Below are positions 22,690 through 35,383 of a stretch of 64,000 nt of DNA, piece by piece. Source of the DNA: Anthoceros angustus (taxonomy: Eukaryota; Plantae; Anthocerotophyta); assembly GCA_010909165.1 (NCBI GenBank), contig VJWM01000313.1, positions 1 to 64,000 on the forward strand, in the 5' to 3' direction. A model generated the notes under the pieces. That model was not told where the DNA came from and did no database searches. It saw only the letters and a program-made list of their open reading frames with translations. The number at the start of each line of letters is the position of its first letter. Position 1 is the stretch's first letter. A program made the position numbers and the translations under genes.

Positions 22690-23960
22690 CACACCCTCCA
22701 TCGACAAATTTGGTTTGCGGCTGCACCATGCCCGCGGCGGCCGGCCAGTAGAGCGGGCGAAGCCATACATGGGCGGCGGCGCCGTGACATGCGAACTGCG
22801 CATCCAAGATAGTGGGGGCGCGGCCGGCCGGCCTCCTCGCCATTCTCCGGCGTGGCGAGGCGCGGCCGGCCAGCGGCGCCTCGCGCAAACGAAAACCAAA
22901 GCGACTCATTGTATGCGTGGTCGGATCTCACCTTCCCAAAAGCCGTTTGAAACCGAGCAATCATGTCGTCCGTTGAGTGTAGAGGATATTCCTTCCTCAC
23001 TTCCTCGAAGATGAGCACTCGGATGTTTAGCCATGGCCACTTGAATAACATGCGGTTTCTTTCTTGAAGTAATTTCGTCCTCCATTCCTTTGAGATCGAG
23101 GATGCTCGATTACCTTCCCATTCTTGGTGACAAGAATCTGCACATTCACCATCGTATACCGGAATGATTTCCGAGGTTTTAATGTCTTTCGGCTTGAAAT
23201 ACATTTTTCCACGTGTTTGGGATCATCTGTGACTTTCCTTTTCCCTTCCCTTTCTTCGGTGCCGGCGGTATGTGCTTCTTTCTGTAACTCGCTTCCCACT
23301 TTGAAAAGATCTTATCAATATTATCCCATACCTTGCCCTCCGCGATGCATGTGTGTGTCCTGTCCACTTTGTTACCTTGTACACGTCATCTTGGCCTTCA
23401 TCATCTTCAATTAATCCAAGAACCTTATAAAGATTGAACTTCCATGACATGGTCATCTCACTCCATCCCGACGCCGAAGCTCATCTCGTAAATATCTTAC
23501 ATTCAATAAAAGACATTTTCTTCCGCTTATCGACATTGTGTTATGGTCGGTTGCAAGAACTCTCATCTCGTGCACCGTAAGCCCACAGATACATGCGCTT
23601 CAACATATTGAAAGCAGGACTTCCGGAGCAATATCAAGTGCTTCATAGCGACATATGTGTGGTTCCCCAAGTACACCCATAATATATTTCTTGGCCCGAA
23701 TTTAGCCAACTTGCTAATATCGTTGCACTCCCGGGTCAATCATGCATGAATGGCGAACCCTTCTTCAATCCTTCCCTTGAAATAACTCGGGCTAGGTAGT
23801 TTGACCATGCCTCGTCCACCCTCGATTTGGGCATCCGGTGTAATAAAAGATCGGCTTCAAATTCTCAAGCTTTACCAAGTCTCTCGAACAACTTTCTTGG
23901 CATAGGCGAGTCCCCGATTATTGTCAATGGGTCCGATTCGGATGGCATCTTCAAGTCTTT
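22690..23960 (-). pseudogene. ParB/Srx-like domain plus helical region upstream of the MTase, probably the same gene
   Basis: Manual minus-strand translation across frameshifts: RVDEAWSNYLARVISREG...WVYLGNHTYVAMKHL (~23635-23680)...VLATDHN...KKMSFIE, resembling ParB-N 'GxHR..A' and downstream 'N..R..lt..E'. Confidence 0.55.
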
Positions 23961-26240
23961 CCTCATCATCCGCATGGACGGTCGCTATATTCTCTGGTGG
24001 GCTTCACTCACGGTTTCCTTCCATTTCTTCTTTCTCTTCCCCGGTGGAGCCTCGCTATGTGTGGTATGCCCTGTGCGGCGTGCCCACCATGCCTTGCTCT
24101 CCACTCGAGTCCCTGTCTCCATACTCTCGGATCGGCGGACACGGGAGGTGCCTCAATAGAAGCCGCGCACGCCGCCCACGCTCGGCCCGTCTCTTCCGCA
24201 ACGCAAGTGCAAGGGCGTCGCAATCAGGCGGCCGGCGGCGCTTCAGTGCCTTGGGAACCCACCGGTTGGGGTGCAGTGTAGTCCAGACTCCCTCGGGAGG
24301 CGCCGGCGGCCGCCTCACCCTCTCCGACCGTACCTCCATGGAGGAGCCAGGAAAAGGAATGTCCAGAACGGAGCATCCTTCCATCCTCTCGCCTCGAAAG
24401 TCGTCATCGTCGGAGTGGCCAGGGCGTCGGGTATACACCCATCCTCCTCATCGGATGGGCCGAGCTCACTAGGCACTGCGCTCGGCTTGGTGAGCCCGTC
24501 ATGCACATTTCAGCCGGGCTCGACTCGTCGTTGTGACATTTCCCTCCTATCTTTGGATGACGGATTCGGTAATCTTCCGCATATTGTGTCGGTGCTCTAG
24601 CTTGAGCATCGCAAAACAAAAGGATTGAGGAAAGGCAAGATAGAAGGCACAAGTCATGGAAACCAACATATTTGCATCAAGCGCTTGAAAACCTTATTCC
24701 AAAGTTTTACTTATTGGGTGACGATAGCATTTCAATCCTCCACCAGTTTGAAGGACTTCTTGCTTTGGAAGCCATGTAGGTGACCTCATAAGCCTTGTAC
24801 ATGGTTTCATCTTCGCTTATCCGATCAAATACCAAAGGCTTTGTTGTGCATCGAAAACAGCTCGTCCATCCATATCCACATCGCCCATAGAACCCGGCCC
24901 TTGCTCTGGTTTGGCAAGGCCCCTTGAACCCTCGACCCACGGTTTCAATAGAGGAGTCCAAAATTGTTCTCCTCAAGGCTCCTCATCCTGTGTCAACATC
25001 CGGTCCTTCTCGGCGAGCGCAGCCTCCACCTTGCTCCCCAACCGACGTGTGGCATATCCTCATAGTTAAATGGCGTTGGAATAGGCCTGCATTGCTGTGG
25101 GGTCTCTTCCTCGGTCTCCTCCTGCCCTTCCCCGTTGTCTTGGCCTTCCCGGATGTTAGGATTTCCATGCCCAATTGACAAATTACCTCGGCTGGTGCTT
25201 GATGGCTGGGTTGTATCTGCGCCCTCCACCGAGGTAGGCGCGTGCCTTCTCCGACATCCACACAAATTCCCCGCATCCTTCTTCTTCTTCTGGGCCGGAT
25301 TTCTTGGTTTTGGGCATCGGGTCGATGTTCTCTGGTTCTCCACGTTCCTTCCCTCTTAGCTTGCCATCCTCAAGAGATTAGATACAATCGCCATAGGAAG
25401 CAATTCAAAGAAGGAATCGGTCCCAACAGGAAATTTGCGAGCGAAGGGGAGGGCCATCAGACTATGTGAATCGCGAGGAAATGGCGGAGGATCGCAGCGT
25501 GGAGAAGTCGCGTCTTTGGGAGACACGCCAAAAGTCCTTCTTGAGAGTTGATGTCGGGCCGCCACCGTCTCAGGCTGGAAGAACTTGCTCGGCTCTCTCG
25601 GGGTTACTCTCCACTTGAGCGAAAGTATGACGCCCCGTTGGTCACGTCACATGTCAACAACCTAACCATAAATGTCAATTAAGGAAATGCTTACATGGAA
25701 AACCATTTATAGGACCCTAAGTCAAAAGCCGTACATATGAACCCCAATGCCGAGAAAACAATGAAGAGGCGGTGTGCCTCAGCCAAGTTCTACCGGTGAA
25801 GATCTTTCGGTTTATTTGCTCATAATGGCATTTCCACCTTACCTTGATCCACTGCCTATGTCATGGCATACCACGCTCTGAAGAGTGAGGACCATATTTC
25901 CGGTTAGAGGTGCGAGTCCTCGGTGGCGACAATGTTGCGCCACCCACATCGCTTGTCGAAGAGGTCGAGTTTTCGTCCACAAGTCATTCCTCACTTCGTT
26001 TGTGCGATCAAGGGGAACATGTACTTGAGAACAAGTGTTGGGTTTGCATCATCTCTCCGTCTGTTGATCCATGTAATGACATTGATGTTGTCGCGGAGCA
26101 GTGTGGAAGGGGTCTTTGATTTCCGGATGGTAGGTGACTCTCTTGTGAGGCCAAGGATGGTCAGATCTTGGGGGCCCCGATCATGAGCAACGAAACGAGT
26201 CCGAACTCCGGAAGGTTAGTTTGCCTTCAACGAAAGCGGC

Positions 26241-29200
26241 TTGTTTGCGGTGAAGACAATGTTGTGGCGAATAGTCCACCCCATCCGTGGCGATTCCATC
26301 TCATGCACACCGCACGGTATTGTAATGCTCGTCGCCATCGACAAGCTCTCCGGCATTCCGCGTGGGGTGCCCATGACCCCCAGGAACTTGAACTTATATG
26401 CTGCCATTGATGGGAATCCTGCATCCAGGCGAAGACACCAGGAAGGAAGGGGAGATGGGGTGCAGAATTCCCGTCGTGGTTTGTTCCGCCAAGGAGCGAT
26501 GTGCGAGGATGACCGCAGGACTGAGTTCTTCCCACAAGCAAATGATCCGTGGACTGAGGATGGGGATGATGACTTTGTTCACCCTCCTCCGGCTGGTGCA
26601 TCTGGAACATTCCATCCCAAGCCTTTAAGTGAGACATTGATGACAACAAAGCTTTCTGGCGGACAAGCGCAGCGGCGACGGGCAGCGGGGGTGTCTTTGC
26701 AAAAATGTGAACTGGAGAAGGTGGCAGACTTTCTTAAACCGTGTTGCAACCAAATGTGCATGCAGAGGTTGACCAAGCAAGGCCTTGAGCAACGATATAG
26801 GTTCCTCACAATGCGAGGCAAGAGCAAGAGACATTTCTTCAAAGCCTCGTACATGGACCCGAGTCAAACTAACAAAGAAAGAGTTTTTCGCATGTTATGG
26901 GATCGGTTCCTCTGGTTGCGTGAAGGCCTTGAAGAGTATATTGTATAGCTGTGATACGAGGGAGGGTCATGAGGAATGCCCGTGGGATAGTGTTCGAACC
27001 AACCCAATTCATAAGTCCGTCATGCACTTGGTGCTCTAGCGTGGATGGATAATGCTCATTCATGGTGAAAGACTTCAACGTGCGGTGTATAACCGCACCT
27101 ACAAAGCGGAGATATGGTCATTGTACAAAGCGGCGGTGTCAAAGCTCAGTGCGTTTGTGTGTCGCGGTTTTTGAAGTTATGGAAATCTAACTTCAGTGAA
27201 GATTCCCAAATCCAACAGTTCTCGACCGCTCAATATGTCTTGGGTTAAAGACCACCATTCGAATACAACTCAGGTTGATCAAGGTAGATATCACTACCAC
27301 TAGTTGGAGTGGGAGGAGTTTTGGTATCATGGTTCGCTGGTGTGGCGGAGGGTGGGCGCCGGCCCGCGGCGCCACCCTCGGATATGACCGTTGCTGAAGT
27401 TGCACGAGTACCATGTTTGAAACTTGTCCTTGTTCATGGATGGCCCCCCGGTTGTAGGTTTGATTGGTCGAGTTTAGGGGCGGGCGGGCCCCGGCTGCGG
27501 CGCCACCCCATCCACCTTCAAACTCGCCAACCATAATATATGACCTAGAAGGTGGACGTTTTGTAGATTTTAGATTGGGGAAGATGGTAAATGTATGTGT
27601 GAAGAGGTGATAGTCCACGACATCGGTTTGTTGTATGCAATGGGTTTCATGGATTACATCTTCGCTTGTGGTGTGGAAGAAGCGTGTTTGTATGTGTGAA
27701 ATTGGGGAACGTGAAAAACTTGGAAGGATGTGACACTTGGAGCGTGTTTGGCGTGGCGGAAAAATATCGGGCGCGTTAGAGGCACAGCGTGCAGGAGGAG
27801 CGGGAAAAATGGCAAAACACCGTGAAAAGAGTTACGACCGGATAAGTACATGCTCCTCGCTATAGACTCGGAATGGACCGAAGACCGAGATTCCACACTT
27901 TCGTTGGCCAAAGAATCTTGATGAGGACTGCCGTGTATCTGCACGTAGTGGGTTGCATGATCCACAATTATACGCAGCAAGAGTGTTTTTGCACTATGCC
28001 AATTTGAGGAACGATGAATCGACAATCGATTATTCAAGATGTTATTCTTAATTATAAAGGAGTGCTACCCAAAGTGCTCTATTTGCAGCTTGACAACACT
28101 TGCCGGAAAACAAGAACCATGTTGTTTGCGTGTTTGAACATGCTAGTTGATATGGGAACTTTTCAAGGTGAAGGTTGGGTTCCTCCTTGTTGGGCACACT
28201 CACGACCAAATCGACCAAATGTTCTCTTGCTTTTCCAAAAGCTTGAAGCACAAGGCACACACTCTTCCCGCGTTGGCGACATCGTTCATGCATACACGCC
28301 TACCGAGATCAAAGTTTTGCGGAGGTCCGGACTTCCGGTCATATGTATGGCCGATTAGACAAGGCGATGGTCGCGGGCATATTCATCGGCGGTGAGAAAA
28401 TTGAACAACTTATCTTTCCAGCACTTTAAAATCACCAGAGAAGACAAACCGAATGGTATGGTGATGATTAGGCAAGCAATATTCGACATCGATGTATTGG
28501 GAAACCGGCCGGGTTGGAGTTTTTGAAATTTGTCCCTCCGACATAACCGATGCGGTGTCGGCCCTCCGGCTCGAGACAAGAAAGGGACGTCGGCGGTTAT
28601 CTCCGACGGAGTGGCACATTTGAGAGCGGGTCAGCCGGGCTGCCATATGTGACCGGACAGAATATGGATGGTGGGAAGCATTCAGGTGGACCAAGAAGAA
28701 ATCGCAATAATCGTGGAGAACAACATTGGGCTCGCACTAGAAGTGCCGTGGAAATGGTTCTCTCTAATCGGAAGAAAGCAACCACTCCAAGTTCCTGAAG
28801 CTATCCTAGAGGCGTTGCTAAGAGAACTCCCCAGGATATGTACTTAGGGCCTTACCGGCTTGGAAGGCAGCGGCGAAATGGCACGTTGCATGGAGATGTA
28901 AAAGACATAAAGGAAGGATGTTCATCGCAGTACCTTGTACGATACGCATAATCGGCCTTTCCGGATTGGGAAAGTTAATCGGTGAGGTTGGATGTGGAAG
29001 AGCCTCATTTCCGTTCAAATGGGCGAAACACGATGCATATGAAGGCGAACGTGGAAGAATATGTGATTCGGACCCTTCCACCGAGACAATTTGGATTGGA
29101 AGGAAAAGGGTGGGAAGGCAAATTTCAAGAATGTTCAAGAAGTCTTCATCAATAAAACCGTCATCTTGTATTATGGGTTCGGTTTGAATTCCGTAAACAT

Positions 29201-29360
29201 CTCTATTCCATTGACAAAAAGCGATCGAGGATAAGTTGAATGAATTGCGGGGCTTCATCGAGCCACCAAAGTGCACCGGAAGATAGTGACGAAGGCGGTG
29301 AGGACATCGGGCCCTTGGACATGGAAGGTGTCAATTCGGAGATGAGTGAAAAGATGTGAA
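26241..29360 (+). pseudogene. Sola-like (DUF7869-type) DDD transposase, frameshifted, possibly intron-containing
   Basis: Cys-rich N-terminal part KPCCNQMCMQRL; ID-GMD-KTEIPHF (~27860-27900); LPKVLYLQLDN (~28066-28097); KVKVGFLLVGHTHDQIDQMFS (~28165-28227); acidic tail. Confidence 0.8.
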
Positions 29361-30087
29361 GTGGAGGCAAACATCGGTGGACATCGGTGACAAGAGGGTT
29401 TACTCTCGTCAGTGTCTTGACCGCCAAGTGTTAGGCTCAAAGTGGGAGCTCGCGTTAGTGATAGGGAATCACTGGTGCTATCATTCGGTGGAAGTTGAAG
29501 AAGTTGAGTCACTTCCGGCCGTAGGTTGCGATGTCGGCGACAAGGACAAATGGCGGCGCGGTGGGCGGCGCCACGCCATCCTTTAGTAGCATGGAAACCG
29601 CTTTTCCGCACCGATCCCGTATTGTACATTTTGTTCGCACATATATAACCCATCCGGCATGCCTAAATCCTAAATCGTGGAAACCCGATAGCTGGGCGCC
29701 GGCCCGGCGCCACCTTCTTGCCAAAACAAAAGACTATGGGTTCGGGGACGGTTCGGAAAGAAGCACCATTCTTTACCAATGATGTGAAGATTGGCAATGT
29801 CTTCAAAAGACCTTGTTTATTTAGGCGGCCTCAACAACCCGTTCCCTTTTAGTCCTTAGGGTACTTATGGTAAGCAAGCATGGGTCGTAATATGCCAAAT
29901 TCGATGGCGAACTCGCTAACCCTTTGTGTGATGGAACCGCTCGGACGTCAATTTCATCCCTTATCGACCCTTATTTTCAGGCCTTTCGACCGATGTTGCA
30001 AAGCGTAATCGACCCATCCCAAACCCCTTCCGGCGATATTTGGTTGAAAACCCCTTACGTATTAACCCCTTCCAAGATTAGCATGTT

Positions 30088-30602
30088 GGTTCTTCAGGTA
30101 TTCTGTCATCTATCGGTAATTTTGAAGGCACACATCGACATATTCCCTAAACTACTAAACTCTTCTTTCTCTACGCCTAGATACCTGAAACCTTGACTGC
30201 CTTACCATGCTCTAACTCTAAATCCTCTACGACATACGGGATCTCGTATATCGCCGGTACTACTGTCTTGGTCCCGGATCCCTCCTCGGGAAAATCCACG
30301 ATCATAAGCTTACCTCTTCCAAAAGGCTACTCGCTCTCTATGTGCCTGTCTTGACTCTCCCTCGACATCCTCACGTTGCAAGCATGAATACTCCAAATCA
30401 ACTTTTATTTGACAGCCTCGGTGAAGGTCCCGATAAGCTCGGTCGAGTGCAGGAGCTTACCTCAGAGTGCTACGGTGTAACCATCAGTGGAGTGCAGAAC
30501 TCCCCTCATAGGGAGCCTTGCTCCATGACACAAAGCGATTACCGCAGTCCTACCTATTAGACTTGAAGGTGACGCCCGCTACGATAAAATCAAAGAACAC
30601 AT
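30088..30602 (-). pseudogene. Continuation of gypsy pol (RT N-terminus and linker) of element X
   Basis: Homologous to 51395-51885 but with many substitutions. Confidence 0.8.
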
Positions 30603-33600
30603 TGTGGAAGACCACATGTACACTAACCCTCTACGAAGTGTCGGGATGAGCGATTTTTTTTGTTTTGGGTGTTTGTATAGCAAAGTGCTTTGAGAATCGC
30701 TGGGTAAGGTCTTTTATCGAGAATGGTCCTTGGCCCTTGGGATAATAATTTTCTTTTTGGACCTTAGGTTTCGACCCCATAGGTAGGTCGGAAATAGAGT
30801 CCTTAGGTTTTGGTGATTTTGGAATATGAGTGTCTATATATGCTAGGGTGCCTCACAATATGCCGATTGGGTAGTCAAGTGGGAGGTGGCAGTTCCACCA
30901 CGGTGGCGAAGAGCAGGACGTCTGGACAGGAGTTTACAACCCTAGTGGCGGAGGCGGGGTGCGCAGTCGGGCGCGAAGGACACCAGCCTGGTCGCGAATT
31001 TCAGGCAGGCGTCGGAGGCGGGCTGCAAGCTGCGGCGCATCTAGCTGCTGGGCAGTCTCTTTATTTGTCTGGAGGTAGTAGAGCGTCGCGTCAGTCACGG
31101 CGGTGGCGGCGGAGGAAACAGTGAAGTAGCGAAGGAGGAAAAAGAGGCGGCGAGGCAGGCGCGAGTGGAAGAAGTGTGCAAGGGTGGTGTTCCCTTTTCG
31201 ATGCGGTGGGTGGGTTCTTTGAAACAAGGAGAAAGGAGATGGCGCTCGGCCGAAATCCCACCTGCGGTGGCCCAACATGGACCCTTTGGAAGGTGAGGCA
31301 GCGTGCGGGGCTGGGCTGGAATTTATGGAGAAGAAATGGTGTTCTGACGGTGGCATTGGTGCAAGAGTCGCCCGGCAATTGAGAACCAAGTTGCAAGAGG
31401 CGGAGGAAGAGGCGCGGGATTTGGGGCTCTTTCGAGGCGATGTATGCATCGGAGGATGGAGCTTGGTAATTGACCCCGGAGAAAGACCACGAGGCTGCGG
31501 CGCTCATGAAACTGGAAGTGAGGTGAACAATGGATGGGTGACTCGCCAACTCGTGTATACTGGTGGTGGGATTAGCCAAGTGGATTTTGTGTTTCTGCAG
31601 CCGGAAGTTGGATCATATGGCGGACCACTTCTGGTCTTTCTTCATGAGGTGGTTAAAGGTACACAAATCGATTGGAGGATGATCTTTGAAGAGCACATGT
31701 GAGGAGGCGTTGCTCTCCCTTCCCTCGGCCCTCCTTGATTTCACCTTTTCTAATTCATGTATTCGCGCATTCGGGTGTCTAGCGGAGTTGGGGTGTCGCC
31801 CTTCATAGCTGGCGGTCGGGGAACTCAAGGTAGAGGAGGAGTGTAAGGAGGATTAGGAAGGATTCCGGGATTGGGAATCGCCTCCCTAGAAGATTCGGAT
31901 GAAGGTGGGGAGGTTTCCAAGGGCAAGAAGCGGGCGGCAGTGAGCAGGGGTCGGCGAAGAAGGAAGGACGACGGAAGAGGAACCTGACCACCTAGGGTCA
32001 GTCGAAATCGGCGCGAGGAGCAGGTGAAGGAGGAGAAAATAAAGGAAGCGACAAGTTGTCCCCTCGAGGAGGTCGCTGCGCTAGGAGATTGGAGGCGGAT
32101 GAGGAGTGGCAAACCAACCCCTAGAAGAAGAGGGGTTAGTTTGAGCCAAGTCATGACGGACTCGGACACATTTTTGGCGACATTTCAGACCCGTCCGGTG
32201 AAGTGGAAGGTGACACCGCTCGCGTCACGAAATTGTTGTGGAGGGAATGGGCAGGGGCAGAATTCGAATCTGAGGCCCGACTTGACCATGGCTCGAGAGG
32301 CGGATCTCCTCGACCATGGCTCTCACACAGGCGAGTGTGCGAGACAGGGAGAAGTTGCTCAAGGAAGTTGGAGGCACAGGCGAGAACAAGGTGGCGGAGG
32401 AGGCAGGAATCTGCGGCCCTATGCAAGGCACGGAGGCGGCTAAGGCCATGTCCACCCAGGAGGCCTTAGTGAATCGAGGTCAAGGCGCATGCTGAGGAGC
32501 TTCAAGATGAGGTCTCATGAGTCGAGGCGGTGGAAACAATGGCGCCTGGAGAAATTCAAGGGCGGAGAGATAGCGAGAGAGGAGCTAGGGCCGAGTCAAG
32601 AGAGGCCAAAGCAGAAGAAGGCGAGCCACGGCGATGGCGAAGCAACCACCGTGGAAACCACCAGTGGCTAAACCGGCCACCGTCGCGGAAGGAGGCAGGG
32701 TGGGGAAGCCAGCAGAGCGCAGATGGGGCAGATCACAAACCAGTAGGCCCGAGATTGTCCACGGAGAGGTAAGGACCTCTATCGAAGGCGTATTGTGCTG
32801 CGGCGTCGGATGAGGATGCTCATGTCACAGCCCACGCATGGTGAGCGGGGTGCTCACTCTAAATGTATGTGGTTGTTGGGACGGGAGGCGAAACTATTGG
32901 TGCACATCTTGGCCGCCAGGCGGTGGTTCTTGAATAGGGCCTACCCCAGGTAGTCGAGGAGATGGCGGGCGGAGGCGTGGAGGGAGGAGCACGGTATGGG
33001 CATCCGATGAGGCGGGGAATGATGCATAGGGCCTATAGCGCAGCGCCCGAAGGCGCGAAGCAGCGGCGAGGCGAGGTGGAGGTTTGGGGAGAATCGCTCG
33101 GATCGGGCGTGGCGGCGAGAGGACTATGGGCGTGGGGCTAGGCGGCAACCAGAGGCGGTATTTTAGGGCGACATCATAGGTCCGGGGTTTCCTTTTGGGG
33201 TTAGGGGATAGGATGTTTTGAGGAGCCTGTGTGTAGTTCTGGATTGGTAGGCGCTCGTGGTAGAGCTATTTTTGAACCTTTGGTAGAGTGGTGTGGAGCC
33301 ACACTAGATGTATAAGAGACCCTTGAGTGTCTCTCTTGACGATTTCGGTGTGAACTTGGTGAATCCTGCGGCGGGGTTGATTGGAGGCGTCGATCGACAA
33401 ACGTTCGATGCAGCCTTCTCGTCACAAGAAGGCGGGAAGATCCTGGATGGTCGAGGCGGAGTGGCCAAGCTCACGTTTGGGGCGGAATTGGTGAGGCGTC
33501 GTAGCTGGAAGCGGGGCAAGGTTGCTGCGGAAAGTGAGTGAGATCGGGCGGGTGAATCGCCTCTTGACCTGCCTCCTCTCCCCCTCCTGCTGCCATCAGG

Positions 33601-34177
33601 CGTGTTTAATTCTATGAGGGGGAGTCATGTGGCCGGGGTGAGAGTGTGGCAGGAAGAGGGGTATCCATGTGTGGGAAAGGTTCTTGGCGAAGGGGTGGCG
33701 TGCGTGTGTGGGAGGCGGGGAAAATCGTGTGCGTTTTGAGAAAGCGGGGTGATAGAAAGGCGGCAGTGGTCTGAGGAGGTCGGCGCGGAGGCGAGATTTC
33801 ATGACGGGGTCGTGGTGCCTAATTTGGAAGTTACGGACTTCCCTGTGAGAGAATTAGAAGGTGTGAGTCTAGGTGTGTGTGTGTGTAAAGCCATAACTCT
33901 CGGAGACCTCGCCGGGGAGCGGTGACAACCCACGGCCTGTAGCGGCAGTGGTGGTGCCGCTACGGTGGTTGAATCAACCGCTGCGGTGGTGAGCACCCTT
34001 CGGTGGTTGGATCTCCACAGTGTTGTTTGGGGTAAAGATCGGTTGTGGTAGGTCTAGGACCCGTAGTTTAGAACATCTTGACACAAAACCATTCCCTTGG
34101 GATCGAATCCTAGGACTATAACGACATAGAGGGTAATGTGGCCTCTTTGCGCCTTTGGACAGAAACCCCATTCCACA
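30603..34177. mobile_element. 3.6-kb solo LTR, copy B
   Basis: TGTGGAA...TTCCACA termini, CACAT before and (ca)cacat after; collinear with 91-3723. Confidence 0.85.
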
Positions 34178-34700
34178 CACACATGCGATTGTACAACCAA
34201 GGCACGCCTATCAAAACCTTGTAGCCTAAATCAGCCCGCGCATCACAATGTAAGTGAGGTGGAAGGTGAGACCCCAATCACGGTTTGGTTCTTCTTAACA
34301 CTCAATAGCTTCCTTCTTGTTTGATACGACCATCCGCAAAAACACTTTCGTGAGTGGAACTCGGTGAACCCAAGTTGATATTTGTCTCCTCCGTCATCAA
34401 GTTGACTCGATCACGAATCAGCGCATTGGGCACCAAGCATCCACACAATTTCAACTCAATCTAGGGGTAAAATCAACAAGTTCGACATTTACCTCCAGCG
34501 TTTCCTCCCACCCCACTACTTGAGATTCCTCGATCGCTTCTTTACAATTTTGCGGGATCTCGGACTCACATAATGGCTGTCTGGACCACACCGGCAGTCA
34601 AGCAATGCGTCAAGCCCGGAGATCTTATCGACAAGTTCCTCCCGTTTGCAACACGGCGGCTGGTCGGCTCAAACCTTATTGGTAAAGTTCTGATTCCATG
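34178..34700 (-). pseudogene. Gypsy protease region, copy B
   Basis: Collinear with 3724-4250. Confidence 0.7.
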
Positions 34701-35383
34701 GTCCCTCACAGGGTGGGGCCGGAGGAGCCATTCTGCATACCGCTCACGAGGTGTCTCATACAAAAGCCCGGCGCCTCCATGCAATATAGGTGCTCTCGTG
34801 GTCGTGCAAGCGCCATGGCCACACATCGGCCCACCAACACCTATCATAGATGGATTACCAACGGGTTTCCTATGCACTTTTCGGTTGGTAGATGGGCCAT
34901 GGGACATTATTCCGTTTATTTTAAGCAATTGATATTCCATGATACTCATATTGGGCTATCTAGGCATTTCCCGTATTCATGTTTTCCTTGTATTTAGGTA
35001 TTTTCTTAAAAACATATTTTTGGAAATGTTTTTCCTCTAGCCTAATTCATTTCTTTATGAACTTAAGTTTGGAGTATGTTCTTAAGCTCCTAGTTTCCTA
35101 TTTAGTGGGAGTTAGGCTATGTCGTTTGGCTCTTTAGGTAGCTAATTTTCACCCCTACTTCATAGTGAGTGAGAGTGATGAAATGTTTGACATGTTAGGG
35201 CCCTCTTCGTAAGGTAGCTAATTTTCACCCCTACTTCATAGTGAGTGAGAGTGATGAAATATTTGACATATAAGGGCCCTATTCATAAGGTATCCTTTAA
35301 ACTATAGAATTAACATTATTTATTTCTTAGGGCTACAACTAGTTTAATTAGTTACTTAATTTGTTATTTGGTTACAACAATCT

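Larger units (their letters stand above)
21157..30087. mobile_element. 8.9-kb cut-and-paste DNA transposon, Sola-like, with methyltransferase cargo
   Basis: Left TIR aacatgataatcttggaagggggttaata (21157-21185) vs reverse complement of right TIR aacatgctaatcttggaaggggttaata (30060-30087). Probable 4-bp TSD agtt (21153-56)/ggtt (30088-91). Absent from the paralogous RT at ~51392. Confidence 0.92.

Noticed and set aside
21366-23960. Bacterial contamination or prophage as the source of the ParB/MTase gene
   Set aside because: It lies between matching TIRs with a eukaryotic-type transposase, inserted precisely into a plant gypsy RT whose empty site is visible. No operon-like bacterial genes are nearby.
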